Of a stretch of DNA of 64,000 nucleotides, positions 25,808 through 41,228 are shown piece by piece. Source of the DNA: Octopus vulgaris (Eukaryota); the NCBI GenBank assembly GCA_951406725.2, contig OX597833.1, positions 68,014,001-68,078,000 of the forward strand, read 5' to 3'. The notes beneath the pieces are model-generated. The model was not told where the DNA came from. It made no database searches and saw only the letters and a program-made list of their open reading frames with translations. Numbering within the stretch: the first letter of the stretch is position 1; each line of letters begins with the position of its first letter. Position numbers and translations under genes: made by a program.

Positions 25808-26180
25808 CATACATACGTGTGTGTGTGTGTGTGTGTGTGTGTATGCATAAACATCCTTACTGAGAGATAGAGTAACATACAAAGAAACTGAGAAATTATG
25901 AGAGATACAGAAAGCGAAAGCTTCCCTCCCTTCACATATATGCTTCCACAAAACCATCTCCTATTCAAATATAACACTTTTTTACTCCGTCCAACTGAAT
26001 ACCTTGTCGCATACTTTCACATTTCTATTTATCGATATAAATGCATATTCACCCATCGCTGTGTGTTTGTTCATATAAATATATACGATGTAGATTATGT
26101 ATACGATTAATGAAAATGTGAATAAATTTCCATGTTAATCTTCGAATTTGTATCTAACATTATTCTTAGATTTGCATGAT

Positions 26181-26539
26181 AGGCGCAGGTGCGGCTGTTT
26201 TCGGAAATCTGCTTCTCAAGCACATGGTTCCGGGTTCAGTCCCACTCTATGGCACCTTGGACAAATGTCTTCCACTAGAACCCTTGGACTGACTAAATCG
26301 TTGTGAGTGGATTTGGTGATTGGAAACTGAAAAAAAAACCCCAAAAAACCGTCGTGTATGTATGTTAGGTGGGGGCGCATGTATCTGTGTATATATATTG
26401 CAAACAGGAACATGAAATGGAAAGGAATTAATGCCAATAAATGGAAAAACCCAATCGAAAATCCGACCTGTATGGAGAAAGCATTTGAAGTCATGCCAAA
26501 GCCATGAACAGCCATAGTCGTGACGACTGTCTTCAGACA

Positions 26540-26575
<36 letters not shown>

Positions 26576-27055
26576 TTCTTTATTGCACACAAGGGGCTAA
26601 ACATAGAGAGGAAAAACAAGGACAGACAAAGGGATTAAGTTGATTACATCGACCCCAGTGCGAAACTGGTACTTTATTTATCGACCCCGAAAGGATGAAA
26701 GGCAAAGTTGACCTCGACGGAATTTGAACTCAGAACGTAGCGGCAGACGAAATACTGCTAAGCATTTCGCCCGGCACGCTAACGTTTCTACCAGCTTGCC
26801 GCCTTACACACACACACACACATATATATATAAGTGAGTGTGTGTATGTTTGTGCCATTGTGCCTGTGTCACACCACTGCTTTACAACCGGTGCTGGTTT
26901 GTTTACACCACTAAATCTTGGCCGAGAGAAAAAGTACGAGGCTTTTGAAAAAAAAAAAATGTAATTTCCGGAGTCGATTAAGTCGACTACGAAACTATTC
27001 AAAGCGGTGCCCCAGCATGGGCGCAGTCTAATGATTTAAACAAGTAAAAAAGATA
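26181..27055 (+). mobile_element. Family A SINE pieces (26181-26360 and 26830-27055) with intervening sequence
   Basis: Both halves match family A; a family B copy lies between them. Confidence 0.7.
26573..26805 (-). mobile_element. Family B SINE monomer in a (CA)n/(TA)n tract
   Basis: tatttctttattgcacacaagggg...ccagcttgccgcctt. Confidence 0.93.
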
Positions 27056-27497
27056 AATGATGATGTTTAAAAACGAACACAACTGTTGTAGTTCAATTAA
27101 AGACAAAATGCAGTTTTATATCCCGCTCAAACTTTTAATAAATATATGATCGGAATTTGGTAAGTGATAATTAACACATCAATTAACTTGAAGAATATTA
27201 TGCGATGGCATTTACAGGAATTGGTAATTAACTAGGAAGCTGGGTTTGGCTTCCCGCTGTAATTCATGAGCTCAACATACACACACACACACGCGCGCTT
27301 CACCAAGTCGCAAACACACCGGCACGAGTGCACGTGCCCTCACATATGAAATACTGTTGAACGTGATTGTAAAGTACGTGCTTTTATTCCGTTAATTTGT
27401 TGAGAATTCATAAACTAATGATAAAGTTGAGGATGATGTTTATAAAAAGAGGCATGAAAAATATAATTGACTAGCTAAACAGATAACAAAGTACGGA

Positions 27498-27528
<31 letters not shown>

Positions 27529-27599
27529 CTCGATCTATCTATCTATGGCTCTCTCTCTGTCTCTATTTCTGTGCCTCTATCTGTCGGTCTATCCATCTG

Positions 27600-27835
<236 letters not shown>

Positions 27836-28125
27836 CTTTTGCCGAGCTGCTAAGTTACAGGGTCGTAAACACACCAGCACCGGTTGTGAAGCGGTGTTTG
27901 GGGAGAAACACAAAGACCCCGCTCACCGCCTGACAACAATGTCTTTTTGTGTACGTTCTCGTAACTTAGCGGTTCGTCATGGAATCTTGCAAAATATGTA
28001 CGTGACATCGGTCTGTTAAACTAAACCACGCAACGCAATGCTCCAGCATGGCTTCAAAAATGCAAATGATGAAAGATTTATATGAGATATGTGTATTTGA
28101 GAATTTTTTTTCATGTTTTTCACAT

Positions 28126-28291
28126 AGGCGCAGGCGTGGCTGTGTGGTAAGAAGCTTGCTTCCCAACCACATGGTTTTGGGTTCAGTTCCACTGCGTGGC
28201 ACCTTAGGCAAGTATCTTCCTCTGTAGCCTAGGGCCGACCAAAGCCTTTTCAGTGGACTTGGTAGACGGAAACTGAACGAAACCCGCCGTG

Positions 28292-28338
<47 letters not shown>

Positions 28339-28512
28339 TTGTGTGTTTGTCCCTCCACCATCGTTTGACAACCGATCTTGGTGTGTTTATGTCCTTGTAA
28401 ATTAGCTTACCAGGCTCACGAAGTATAAGTCTAGAGATCGATTTATGTAACTACAAGTCGGTGCTCCAGCATGGCCACAGGGAAAATGACTGGAAGAACA
28501 CAAAGAATAAAA
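28126..28512 (+). mobile_element. Family A SINE with internal deletion
   Basis: aggcgcaggcgtggctgtgtggtaagaagc...ggtgctccagcatggccacag. Confidence 0.9.
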
Positions 28513-29051
28513 GACTGTATATTAGTTATAGGCCAAATGATTCTCGCTGGTGTTCAAAGGCGAAATCAGAGAGTGATTGCTTCGATTAGGAACGTAATTT
28601 CGCCCTGTTACTCTTTCATTCATCTCAATTAAGAAAGGAAATATGGAATATTGAGAGAAAGAAAGAGTAAGGGGACGTGTAATACAAGAGTGGAGAGCAG
28701 AAGCGAAAGGAGAAACATAGAGAGAATGAGAGAGAGGGGCAGAGAGAGAGAGTAGACATAAAAGCAACCGTGGAAGGTACTAATAAAAATAGCGAAATGA
28801 TCGGCAAATATTTAACGCAACGAACGCATCCATTTTACCGCGTGTGCGTGAATGTATGTTTGTGTATGTGTGCGTATAAACGCATGCGCATTAAACGTGT
28901 TTCTCTGGGATTGGTTATGTAGGAACCGTTGATGAAACTCCAATAATTGTCGAAAATCAATTAATGCTGTTCATAATTTTTTTTCTTCTTTAATCTAACG
29001 AGAAATAGGTAAAATTGACTCGCTCGTATTTCTAGTATGTTGGTTTGTATT

Positions 29052-29091
<40 letters not shown>

Positions 29092-30263
29092 ACAACACAC
29101 AACACACATACATATATACACACATATATACATATATACACACATATACACCAAGAAAAATGGAGATAGAAAGAGCCGAGTTAGGGATAGAACAGAGAAC
29201 AATTGGAAATAAGTGACAGAAATCAAGAGAGAAGGGAATAGAACGAAGGGTGGGGAGTGGGAGAGAAAATGAGAACGAGGCCCGGGGTGTGAGTGGGATA
29301 TAGTATGGTTGGAAAAGGGAGTGGGAATTTATATTAAAAAAAATGTTTTCAGCGGCAATTCATTGTTTTTTTTTGTTTTTTTTTTCGCTTTTTTTTGGGG
29401 GGGGGGGCTTTTCAATACTAACAAAGGAAGGAAAGAAAAAATAATGATGAAAATAAGGAGAAGAAGAAACATTCTCCGGTGGCTAATTATTTAGATTTTT
29501 AGCGAACGAGATGTGTGAACTAAATAAATGTAAATAAAATAAATAAATAAATAAACACTTAAATATATATATAAAGAAATAAATGTGTAAATAAAATTGT
29601 TGTACTATAAAAAAGTATGTCACAGAATTGTGCTGATTTCTTTTGACAACGGAATTCATAGAATTTCTATTGTTGCAGAATTCTGTTGAGAAAGTCTCTG
29701 ACAGATTCTTCAGAAGCAACTGATTGTTGCTTATTTTTCCACTTATTGTTTCCTGTTTGTTGGATTTCTGTTCTAATATATTTATTCGCGTGTTTGCTTT
29801 ATTTTCCAACCAGTCCTTCCTCCCCCTCTTTGCCGTTTGTATTCCTGTTCGCATTATATTCCTGTTCGCATTATATTTGAAGTGTTGTTTTTAGTATTTG
29901 CAGTCAGTCAATCAATCTCAGAGAGAATCCTAGGCTTTATATGTAAATGATTCAGTAAAAATTCAGCCAACATTCATATGCGTGTCTCTGCTGATATACG
30001 TATGCATGCATGTCTACGTATTTATACATACATACATACATATATATACACACACATATATATATATAATATATGCATACATATATATGTGCATATATAT
30101 ATATATATTCCTCTTTCCCCGTCTGTCTTGATAGACAATGGGTTGCGCCAAGGGTGGGGCCTACTTTGATGATGTACAGCGTCTGCTGTGACTGAACAGT
30201 CCAATTCTAGAGTGGCAGTCCTTGGTACATTTGCTGCACACGAACATCGATGGGTACGATGGG

Positions 30264-30298
<35 letters not shown>

Positions 30299-30314
30299 AT
30301 ATATGTTTGTGTGT

Positions 30315-30600
30315 GTGGTCATCCCATATATAATGCGGTGTTTTTATATTTCTCTATTTTTCAAAATCCAGATACACATAGTACTTTTCAATTCTAAAAT
30401 ATACTCTCCTTCATTTTCTACAATGATCTTCCATCTGTATAGTCGATTTGCGTAATCCCTCTTCCAAAATTCACTTATCCGTGACGAAAGTTCTCCTCCA
30501 TTACTGTTTTCTCCTAGTTTACAGAATTTAAATTTTTTCGTCGAATATCTATCTATCTAAATTATATTCACAAGGGAAATGTCAAATATGTCTGTTGTCG

Positions 30601-30641
<41 letters not shown>

Positions 30642-31030
30642 TCTTCTGTCTGAATGGTTGAATGACCATATCCAAGGTTCTCTGCTAGTTCCTCAACAGT
30701 TAACGATGAGATTTTCTTCAGCATTGTTTTGCAGGATGTCTTCATCGATCTCTACAGACTTTCCAGGATGAAGCTGTAGTTTCCAGCTCAGAATTTCTGG
30801 AATCACAGTTTGATACTTCCTTATGCTTATTGTCTGATCCCCAAATGCTGCATTAATATTCCTCGCACTTTCTGTTGCGTTGCTGCCTTCATTGAACTCA
30901 TAAAGCAAAATATTCCGAATATGCTGCTTTGTTACTTCCATTATAGTTTTGAAAAATGACTGTTGCAATCGAACTGCACTCTTCAAAACATGCACTAAGA
31001 ATAAGTATAATGTAAAAGTACTAGCTGCTA
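30315..31030 (-). mobile_element. Internally deleted mariner transposon relic
   Basis: Minus-strand fragments MEVTKQHIRNILLYEFNEGSNATESARNINAAFG, TVEELAENLGYGHSTIQ and RWKIIVENEGEYILE match the mariner HTH domains and C-terminus. Confidence 0.85.
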
Positions 31031-31110
31031 TTTTTATATACACATGAATATTTCTATATGCAGCTAACTATAAGTATATACATGTACATCTATATATATA
31101 TACTTTTATG

Positions 31111-31153
<43 letters not shown>

Positions 31154-31617
31154 AGTGCATATACATACATCTATATGTATGAATGCAATTACCATATGCA
31201 TTGATACTTACCATCATGTAGATGAACACAACATTGAATGTTGTATACATAACAAAACATACCTTTTTATAAAACATTAAGACATATCTCACTCTGTATA
31301 TTTATCTCATGAAATATACATATATTACCACAGAACTAGAAATGTGAGATATCATAAGAAATGAGTTAGGGATAGAACAGAATACAGAAATCAGAAGAGA
31401 TTAATACAAAATAAGACATAATGAACAAGGCCGCAGAGTAATATATATATAAAAGTTTTATATTAATCGCGTCAATGTGTGTTCATTCGCATGATATAAA
31501 TGTTTATCATTTGTTATGTTTTTTTTTGTTTTTTTTGCTTTAATCATTAAATAGAAAGAAGAGTCGCTCGTATTTCTAGATAAATAATATATGATATACA
31601 TACATATACATATATTA

Positions 31618-31670
<53 letters not shown>

Positions 31671-31744
31671 TATGCACAGGTATATACTAAAGCAAGTGTG
31701 ACCGTGCTATAAGAAGCATTAACGGAAGACCAGCATAATATGTA

Positions 31745-31786
<42 letters not shown>

Positions 31787-31975
31787 AAATATTTAAAACA
31801 AAGTTCTGTATGGAGACTGTATTCCTATTTTGTGCAATGGGTGTATGAAAATCCAATTCATCTGTGTCATACATTAAACATAACATAGATATGTGTGTTT
31901 TGCATGATATATAATATATCTACGTATATACACACATACATACATATATATACACACACATATATATATACATAT

Positions 31976-32009
<34 letters not shown>

Positions 32010-33621
32010 TCAAAAATTCCCCGTGCGATAAACATATACCAAAGTTAAGTTTCGTCCGTCTGAAACAGTAAACGGTGGATTCGGGATAATGCTAAATAGT
32101 CATGTACACATTTTCTTTCTTATACAATGATTCTCACTATAATGAATGCTTACACAAACCAGATGAATGGTATTGCATAGTTTTCTAGTCTGAGATCCTC
32201 ATCATTAACTTATCCGTCTTTCTCTTCATATTTTCTCCTAGTTTCAATTTAAATTTTTGTCGAAATGATTAAAAAAAATGCGGAATAAATGATATTAGGG
32301 CTTATAATCAAATATTTGGTGGGGGATCGTTTCTTGAAACCAAACAGTCATTCTTCTTCTAGCGCATTATAGACTGCAATGTTTGAATGACATAATATAT
32401 GATAGTGTATAACATTAAATTATATTGTTTATATGCAGCTAACTATAGTATATACATGTACTATATAATATACTTTTATGTATACATATATATATATATA
32501 TATATATATTCTGTTGCGTTGCTGCCTTCATATATACAAATATATGTAATATGTTTTGTTATTATTATGAGAAAAATGATCTGTTTAATCGAGCACTCTT
32601 CAAAACAACGAAGTAATATATTAACAAAAATATTTATTTATTCTAAAATGATTATACCTATATATACTTTTGTATATTTAATATATATATATATATGTAC
32701 ATGTTGTTATTAACGAACATACAAATGTATGAATTTTCATGATTAATAGATGTTGAGTACTTCCTCTTTTATCGTAGATCAAGGAAAAGCCCATTTCCCT
32801 AGTTGTAATCTTTCTCAATATCCTTTCTGCATTAATTGATATATCTCTCTGTCATATATGGTTTCTAAAAATGAAATAGTACCGAACCAAGAACTAGGAA
32901 ATCATCTTTATATTCAGTAGTGTGTGTTCTGTTTCATTACCTATTTCTGCTTTCTAATCACAAATTGTGAGACTATTCCACTAACCAAGGATATTAACAT
33001 ACAGAGTTTATATATATTAAAACTTTGTTTCTAGTTTATTACCTATCGCAGTCTGCAACGTGTGTTTGCATTCTTTGCATGAAAAGCTGATGTTTGTTAT
33101 GACAACCGGATTGATTATGTGTATTCATCCATCTCTCGTTATAATCTATTGCTCAGGAAATAACTAAGGACAGATATATATGAATACATAATATATAGTA
33201 CCATATATATATTATATATAATATATATATTAACCATATATTCTATGGCTGTACTGTGTTCAGACGCTGGACGAAGTAAAAGAGAAACAAGATCGCTCCA
33301 CACGCTGGTATTACAACAGAAACAATGGAAATAATTTTAACTTTGGAAAGCAACAGAGAAATAGGCATCATGAAGTACGAAGTTCTTGATAACCTCCTAT
33401 ATGTACAGATAAGTGCAGGACTAGCCTCCCCAGGAAGAAAATCGCTCACTCTGTTACCCACAGAGAATTACATATAGGAATATGTTTTCTCTGAATTGAA
33501 AAACAGATGATGGTATTAGCATGAAATATTGTCTTCTCTTAAATGTGTGACCGTTATTTCATGTCAAATCTAAAAAAAAAAAAGAGCCAGAGGTTGTTAC
33601 GAAATGTATGATATACTAAAA

Positions 33622-33762
33622 GCAAGTGTGACCGTGCTATAAGAAGCTTGCTTATTAACCACACGGTTCCGGGTTCAGTCGTACTGTATGGGAATATTAA
33701 TTAAACCTTTATTCTCCAAGCTTATGATTGCATTTAACATACGGAAACTGACAGAAGCCCAC
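33622..33762 (+). mobile_element. Family A SINE 5' fragment, garbled
   Basis: aagaagcttgcttattaaccacacggttccgggttcagtc...cggaaactgacagaagccc. Confidence 0.65.
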
Positions 33763-33766
33763 CAAA

Positions 33767-33822
<56 letters not shown>

Positions 33823-34041
33823 TTAAAACATTCGTGAAGTTCTGTATGGAGGATTTATCTTTGTTGATATCGAAATTCTAGCAATGGGTCTTCCGTTTCT
33901 TTACTGAAAATCAGCGACCACTTAACAAAAATTCTAAGAAATAAAACGTAAGAAACATACATTAAACACTGCCCCCCCCACTAAGTACATAGATATGTGT
34001 GTTTTAAGGTGTACACAAATATATAATATATACATACGTAT

Positions 34042-34086
<45 letters not shown>

Positions 34087-34467
34087 CATATACATACATA
34101 TATACATACATGTATATATATATATATTATAAATATATATATACACACACACACACACAGAAGAAGAAGAACGAATAAACAATCTACGCTGATTAGTTCC
34201 ATTTTATGATATTGCCTGTGTTCGTTTTTCTCTTTTCTTTGTGGCGGCTTATATTTATATATACTCGTCACATCCGAGATGCACACCCCTAGTCATGTCC
34301 ATTTTATCACAGTTATCTTTCTTGTGTTTAATTTGCTCAACTTTACACAGTAAATAGGCCACTCTCTGCTTGAGTACACACACAGACGTATCAATGTATA
34401 TATTTACATGTTTGTATATGTATGTATGCCATCATGTTAACTCTATTTAGCTCCCTCTCTCTCTCTA

Positions 34468-34766
34468 TTATATATATATATATATATGTAAATGTATGTA
34501 TGTATGTATGAATACGTATATGTATGTATGTATATGTATGTATGTATATGTATGTATGTATGTGTATGTATATGCATATGTGTGTTGTATGTATATATAT
34601 ATATGTACATAAGTATGTATATATGTATATATATGTGTGTGTATGTATGTATATGTATGTATATATATATATATGTGCATAAGTGTGTATGTATGTATAT
34701 GTATATTTTTGTGTGGATGTTTTGTTTATATATTATATATATGTACGTGTGTTTGTGTGTTTATGT

Positions 34767-34801
<35 letters not shown>

Positions 34802-35302
34802 TAAGTGTGTATATATGTATATATATGTGAGTGTATGTGTTTTTGTGTATGTATGTTTTATTTATTATGTGCGCGTGTGTATGTATGTATTTCAAAAACA
34901 AACAAAAAAAAACACACAACACACACATAAAAAAATAACATCCCCACCCACCCCCACCACACAGAACAACAAACAAAAAAAAACAACAAAAATAAAAACA
35001 CAAACCCCCCCCCCCCCCCACACCACACACCACACTCCCAAAAAACACCCCACATAACACACAACCATCCACTCCCAGCCCTCCTCCTCTGCCCACAAAC
35101 AAAAAAAACAACAACATATAAACATAAAATACAAACAACACACAAAACACCCCCACCTACCCCCCCCCCCCCAACATAAAGAATCTCCCTTCACAGACCA
35201 GACCATAAATCGTAATACCGAACAAAAAAAACACTCCCAGAAAAAAAAATCATTTTTTTTTTTTTTTTTTTTTTTTTTTGTTTTTTTTTTTTCTTTTTTG
35301 TT

Positions 35303-35380
<78 letters not shown>

Positions 35381-35452
35381 TTTTATTTTTTTTTATTTTT
35401 TTGTTTAATTTATTATTTTATTTATTTTTTTTTTTTTTTTGTATATTCTATT

Positions 35453-35488
<36 letters not shown>

Positions 35489-35895
35489 AGATTTATATAA
35501 ATATATATACTCATACATATACAGACACACAGAGAAATAAAAGACAATATAAATACACATACACACATATAGATACACACAAACTCACACACGCACATAT
35601 ATATAGATATACATACAGACACATATATATAGAGAGAGATATGTATATTTATATATCTCTATATAGACATTTATGATATATGCCTGTCTGTCTGTATGTC
35701 TCTCTCTCTCTGTATATATATTTATATATACATCCACATAGATGCACAAAGAATTCCATTTCTCTAAGTATATGTGCTTGCATGTCTCTTTCGCTCCCTT
35801 TCTCTCACACACACTCTCTCTCTCATATTACACACTCCACACGTATAAGTATATATATGTATGTATATGTATGTATGTATGTATGTATATGTATG

Positions 35896-35941
<46 letters not shown>

Positions 35942-36119
35942 CGTATATGTATGTATGTATATGTATGTATGTATATGTATGTATGTATATGTATGTATAT
36001 GTATATGTATGTATATATATTTATAGGTATGTATGTATATGTATGTATATATATTTATAGGTATGTATGTATATGTATGTATATATATAAATATATATAG
36101 GTATGTATGTATGTATATG

Positions 36120-36155
<36 letters not shown>

Positions 36156-36568
36156 TATGTATGTATATATATATATATGTGTGTGTTTGTATGTGTGCTT
36201 GTGTCTCTATAGTTATATGTGTGTATATGTATACGCTGATGTACAAAGGTGGGGTATCTGCACCTGTGATGACGAGGACGGTGGCGGAAGTGGCTGGAAG
36301 GTGTAGTCCTTATTTGCAATAAGAATGATTTGCACGAAATTTGTTGCTAACGTTACGAGAAGTAATCGAAGAGCAAACTTACGTGACTGAAGTTAGTTAT
36401 GATTGGGTTCAGCCATTGCCAGTAGAGAATATTGGCTTGTCGCCTGGAGCTGGTGGCTGGGTGCGAGACGAACGTTCGGGTCGGTGTGTTGGCAGTTAAG
36501 ACATACAACAGGCGTGTATGTGTATGCACACATACACACACATACACGTATGTGTGTGTATCTATGTA

Positions 36569-36607
<39 letters not shown>

Positions 36608-37192
36608 TGTAGGTAGGTTTATTTTTAATGCATATATGTCTATATGTGTGTTTATATACGTTATTTTGATATCTGTCTATCTCTATATCTATCTATATAT
36701 TTATATATATATATATATATGTATATATAAGTATATATATGTGTGTATATGTATGTATATATATATGTATATATATATGTGTGTATATGTATGTATATAT
36801 ATATGTATATATATATGTGTGTATATGCATATATATGTATTTATAAGTATATATATATATATAGGTATGTATGTATATGTATGTATATATATATCTGTAT
36901 ATATATATATGTGTGTATATGTATGTATATATATATGTATATATATATATATGTGTGTATATGTATGCATATATATGTATTTATAAGTATATATATATAT
37001 ATAGGTATGTATGTATATGTATGTATATATATATCTGTATATATATATATGTGTGTATATGTATGTATATATATATGTATATATATATATATGTGTGTAT
37101 ATGCATGTATATATAAGTATATATATATGTGTGTATATATACGTATATATATATATATATATATATGTATTTTTATATGTATATATATGTCC

Positions 37193-37230
<38 letters not shown>
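34468..37230. repeat. Extended (TA)/(TATG)/(TG) microsatellite field with low-complexity blocks
   Basis: Directly visible; includes higher-order duplications at about 36740-37130 and one complex island at 36235-36515. Confidence 0.9.
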
Positions 37231-38131
37231 GTGGGCGTGGGTGCTATGACTGGTATTTTCCTGAATTCTTTCTCATTTCAAACGATGACATTTCAAGAAA
37301 TTACCATTCCCTCGCCTGTCTGTCTGTTTTCTTGTCTTTCTCTCAGCTTAACTCTCTCCCCAACTGCTCTCCTTTCTCTCTTTCTCTCTCTCTCTCCATC
37401 TCTTTGTCTCTCAGTCTCTTATCATATGCTTTTTCGCCATATTCAGCCTGTTCTCATCCATTACTCTTTTAAGAGCCATAATAATTCCTACACCAGCCCA
37501 CTCTTTAGCTGCCTTACCACCCACCCTCGCTACTTTATCTCGCACTTTCTCACTCTTCCTTTCTTTCTCTCACTTTCTCTCCCGCCCGCTCTCCCCGTCC
37601 CCGCACTCTCTGACTTTCGTGTTCAATAATTCAAAATTATTGCTTCCATGTGAATGACCAACTGACTAGTATCTCCCCTCGACACCATAGCCAGTCCCTT
37701 CTTTGAATTCCTCTTAAACTGCTTGAAACAAATATTTTGCACATTTCAAAAGTCCTCTATCGATTTATTTATCTACATAGCTGTCTATCTAATCTACCCA
37801 ATATGAATTTATATATATATATATAAACTATAAACACGCACACAGAAACACAATCAAAGTGAAAGGCGGTTCTCCGGCATGGCTTCAGCCAGTAAAAGAT
37901 TTTAAAAAATGTGCGGAAAATGGGGGAAAGAGACAGCCAATGAGGTGACAAAGTTGAAAGAGTGACAAACAAGAAGATTAGCGATACATGTTCCGGCCTC
38001 CCTGAATTTTAATTTCAAATCGGTCTGCAATTGAGGTCAGAGGGGTTTTCAATCTAAAAAGTTGTTTCCAACCCAATGTTTACATGCTTTAATTTCTAGC
38101 TTCCAGAACCAATTTCGAAAACGAAATTTAT

Positions 38132-38211
<80 letters not shown>

Positions 38212-38220
38212 ATATATATA

Positions 38221-38627
38221 TATGGCTCAGAAACCTGGACGCTATTAAAGAAGCCTGAGAGGCGGTTGGATGGAACCTACACTCGCCTCCTTATGAGAGC
38301 TCAACATCTCTCGTGGAAGCGCCATCCAACCAAAATGCAAATATATGGGAAACTACCACCTGTGTCATCTCTTGTGAAAGATAAGAGAGTCCAGTTTGCT
38401 GGACATTGTTGTAGAGCTGAACACGGGGTAATTTCTACTCTTCTCCTCTGGAAGCCATCTACTCGCAATACCAGAGGGCGCACACTATCCTACCCTGATG
38501 TAATCTCCAGGGATACAGGCATCCAGCAACAGGACCTCCGTAATGCCATAATGGACCGTGAAGTCTGGCGTAGCATAGTAAATTCCATTGTCTCGACCAC
38601 GGTCGAACAATGATGATGATGATGATG
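38221..38627 (+). mobile_element. RTE-clade LINE, 5'-truncated 3' end with (TGA)n tail
   Basis: Open frame YGSETWTL...RRLDGTYTRLLMRA...QFAGHCCRA...LLLWKP...DREVWRSIV*, typical of the RTE ORF C-terminus, followed by tgatgatga. Confidence 0.92.
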
Positions 38628-39396
38628 TTCTCCGTCTTCCTCTCCCTTATCGTATTCTCGGTTATCGTCGGCAACGACGGATGATCTCATAATAATTAAT
38701 ATAATGTGTAAAAGAAAAACTGCATCAGTGTGTGTGTGTGTGTGCATTTATAATATTTATTTCATAGCTTTTCTTGAACAAGACTGCGTTCGGTCCCGTT
38801 ACTCTCTCCTTAAATTGATAGTTTAGAAATACAAAATATCACCATTTCTAGATATTTCACTGAACTCAGTGTCTCTCTGTCGGTCTTTTATATATCATAA
38901 AGAGAAACCGGCAAAAATAAATACAAATACATAAAATAAATAATAAATAGGAAACTGAAGATTTTTATCTTTTATTATGTCGTAAAGATTTTATCTTTTC
39001 GTTTATTTTCGGAATATTCCTGGTATTCATTCCTGATTATGTAGCCGTTTCGCGATTTAAATCATTTCTATAGATCATAAATGCAGCTATAGAATTAATT
39101 ATTCTTTCTTAGAATCCAACGCGAAAATCCCATTACAATTATATATCCTATGTAGGAGTTTGTGTGATTGTGTGTGTGTGCTGGGTGCTTGTGGGAGAAT
39201 GTGCTTATTTATGCGTGTGTGTGTTTGGACTGGTTTCGTGATTGTGTATCTTGATGTGAATCGACTGCAATGTCTGCTAGTATCTCTTTGTATGTGCTTT
39301 AGTTATTGATGCAAATATAAACAATTATATACATGCACACACCTATATATAAAGGCATCCACACAAACACTGTATATATGTATGTATATATATATG

Positions 39397-39448
<52 letters not shown>

Positions 39449-39870
39449 TGCGTGTGTGTGTATTCAGTATATTAAAAATTCGAATAGAGAAATTCAGTGT
39501 ATGTAAAATAATGAAAGCAAAAAGAAAAAAAAAAAAACCTATTTGAATCTGGAATTAATATTAAAATCACAGAATAGGAGTTATGTAGCGATAAATATGA
39601 TAAATATATTTTAAGCACGACGCGAGAGTATTTCAGTGCAAAGTCTATCAAAGAATCTCGAGTCATAAAGTAACAATGTAATATCGAATAGAAGGAATGA
39701 CAACATAAATCAACAGAGAAATAGGTGTAGAAATATTTTTTATTTTCGTCGGTTTAATTATATCTCTTTAGACACACAGACAGACAGACAGACACACGCT
39801 TGCACACGCACGCGCGCGGTATGGAGCCGCATCAAACTGTGTAAAATATCTATCTCCTAGAAAATATATT

Positions 39871-40067
39871 TATTTCTTTGTTGCCCACAGGGGGCTAAAC
39901 ATAGAAGGGGACAAACAAGGGCAGACGAAGGGATTAAGTCGATAACATCGATCCCAGTGCGTAACTGGTACTTAGTTAATCGACCCCGAAAGGATGAATG
40001 ACAAAGTCGACCTCGGCGGACAGAACGTAACTGCAAACGAATTACTGCTAAACATTTCGCCGCCTTT
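39871..40067 (-). mobile_element. Family B SINE with small deletions
   Basis: tatttctttgttgcccacagggggctaaac...gtcgacctcggcgga...cgccgcctt. Confidence 0.9.
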
Positions 40068-40894
40068 TCTACTAAATATATGAAGCGCCATTTTTTTCCG
40101 TTTGTTCAATCATTCGTGTGTGTGTATAAATATATATATATATAAATATATATTCAGTGGGACTGAACTCGGAATCGTGTGGTTGGGAAGCAAGCTTCAG
40201 ACCACATAGTCACTCGTGTGTGTATAGATATATGCAAATACAGACACATACACAGTCGGCTTCAGCACTGTTTCCGCCGACCACATTCACTCACAAGACA
40301 TTCGTCGGCCAAGAAATATAGTAGCACACAACTTCCGAAATCACCCCCCGGTTGGCCGAAACCCGAAACCTACATGGTTACAAAGCAAGATCCTTAACCA
40401 CACACTGACGCCTACGTCTCTGATATAAATTTAAATTTTGCAATATGTCACTTTTCCAATTACAAATTTCTATTATAACATGGATGCCGCAGACGCTTAC
40501 GTTACTCTCATACGTCAGCAACGTAAATCTAAACATTTGGGTCCTCAATCATTCATTATATAATCGATTTTAACCATGCACCGCCAGTGAGCGAGCAAAA
40601 TTAACGATTTTTATAGCATGTATTCGATATGCGAGCGGTGTTTCATGGCCGCGAGCTATAAATTATATACATTAATCGTTAGATGTCTGGAGGTTATCAC
40701 CGTCCTTGCACAGGCTCCTACTTATCTCCTGTTACATTTATTTCCTCCTATCTCTAGTATAATGCTAACCACATAATATTAACTCTCATTTTCTTTCTTG
40801 TAGTAAATGCTTTCACGCATTATACTCCAGTATAGTAGCTGTGTAGAGGATTAACTTCTCATCGGGTCAGATGAGTTATTTGAGCTAGAAGCTT

Positions 40895-40930
<36 letters not shown>

Positions 40931-40957
40931 TTGTGGTGCGCCAGTATGGCTGAAACA

Positions 40958-41190
40958 AGGCGGCGAGCTGGCAGAAACGTTATCACGCCGGGCGAAATGC
41001 ATAGCCGTATTTCGTCTGCCGTTACGTTCTTAGTTCAAATTCCAGCGAGGTCGACTTTGCCTTTCATCCTTTCGGAGTCGATTAAATTACGTACCAGTTA
41101 CGCACTGGGGTCGATATAACCGACTTAATCCATTTGTCTGTCCTTGTTTGTCCTCTCTGTGTTTAGCCCCTTGTGGGTAGTAAAGAAATA
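40958..41190 (+). mobile_element. Family B SINE monomer
   Basis: Full length; target-site duplication agtatggctgaaaca / agtatggttgagaca. Confidence 0.95.
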
Positions 41191-41228
41191 AGTATGGTTG
41201 AGACATAACATAATACAAGAATATATAT

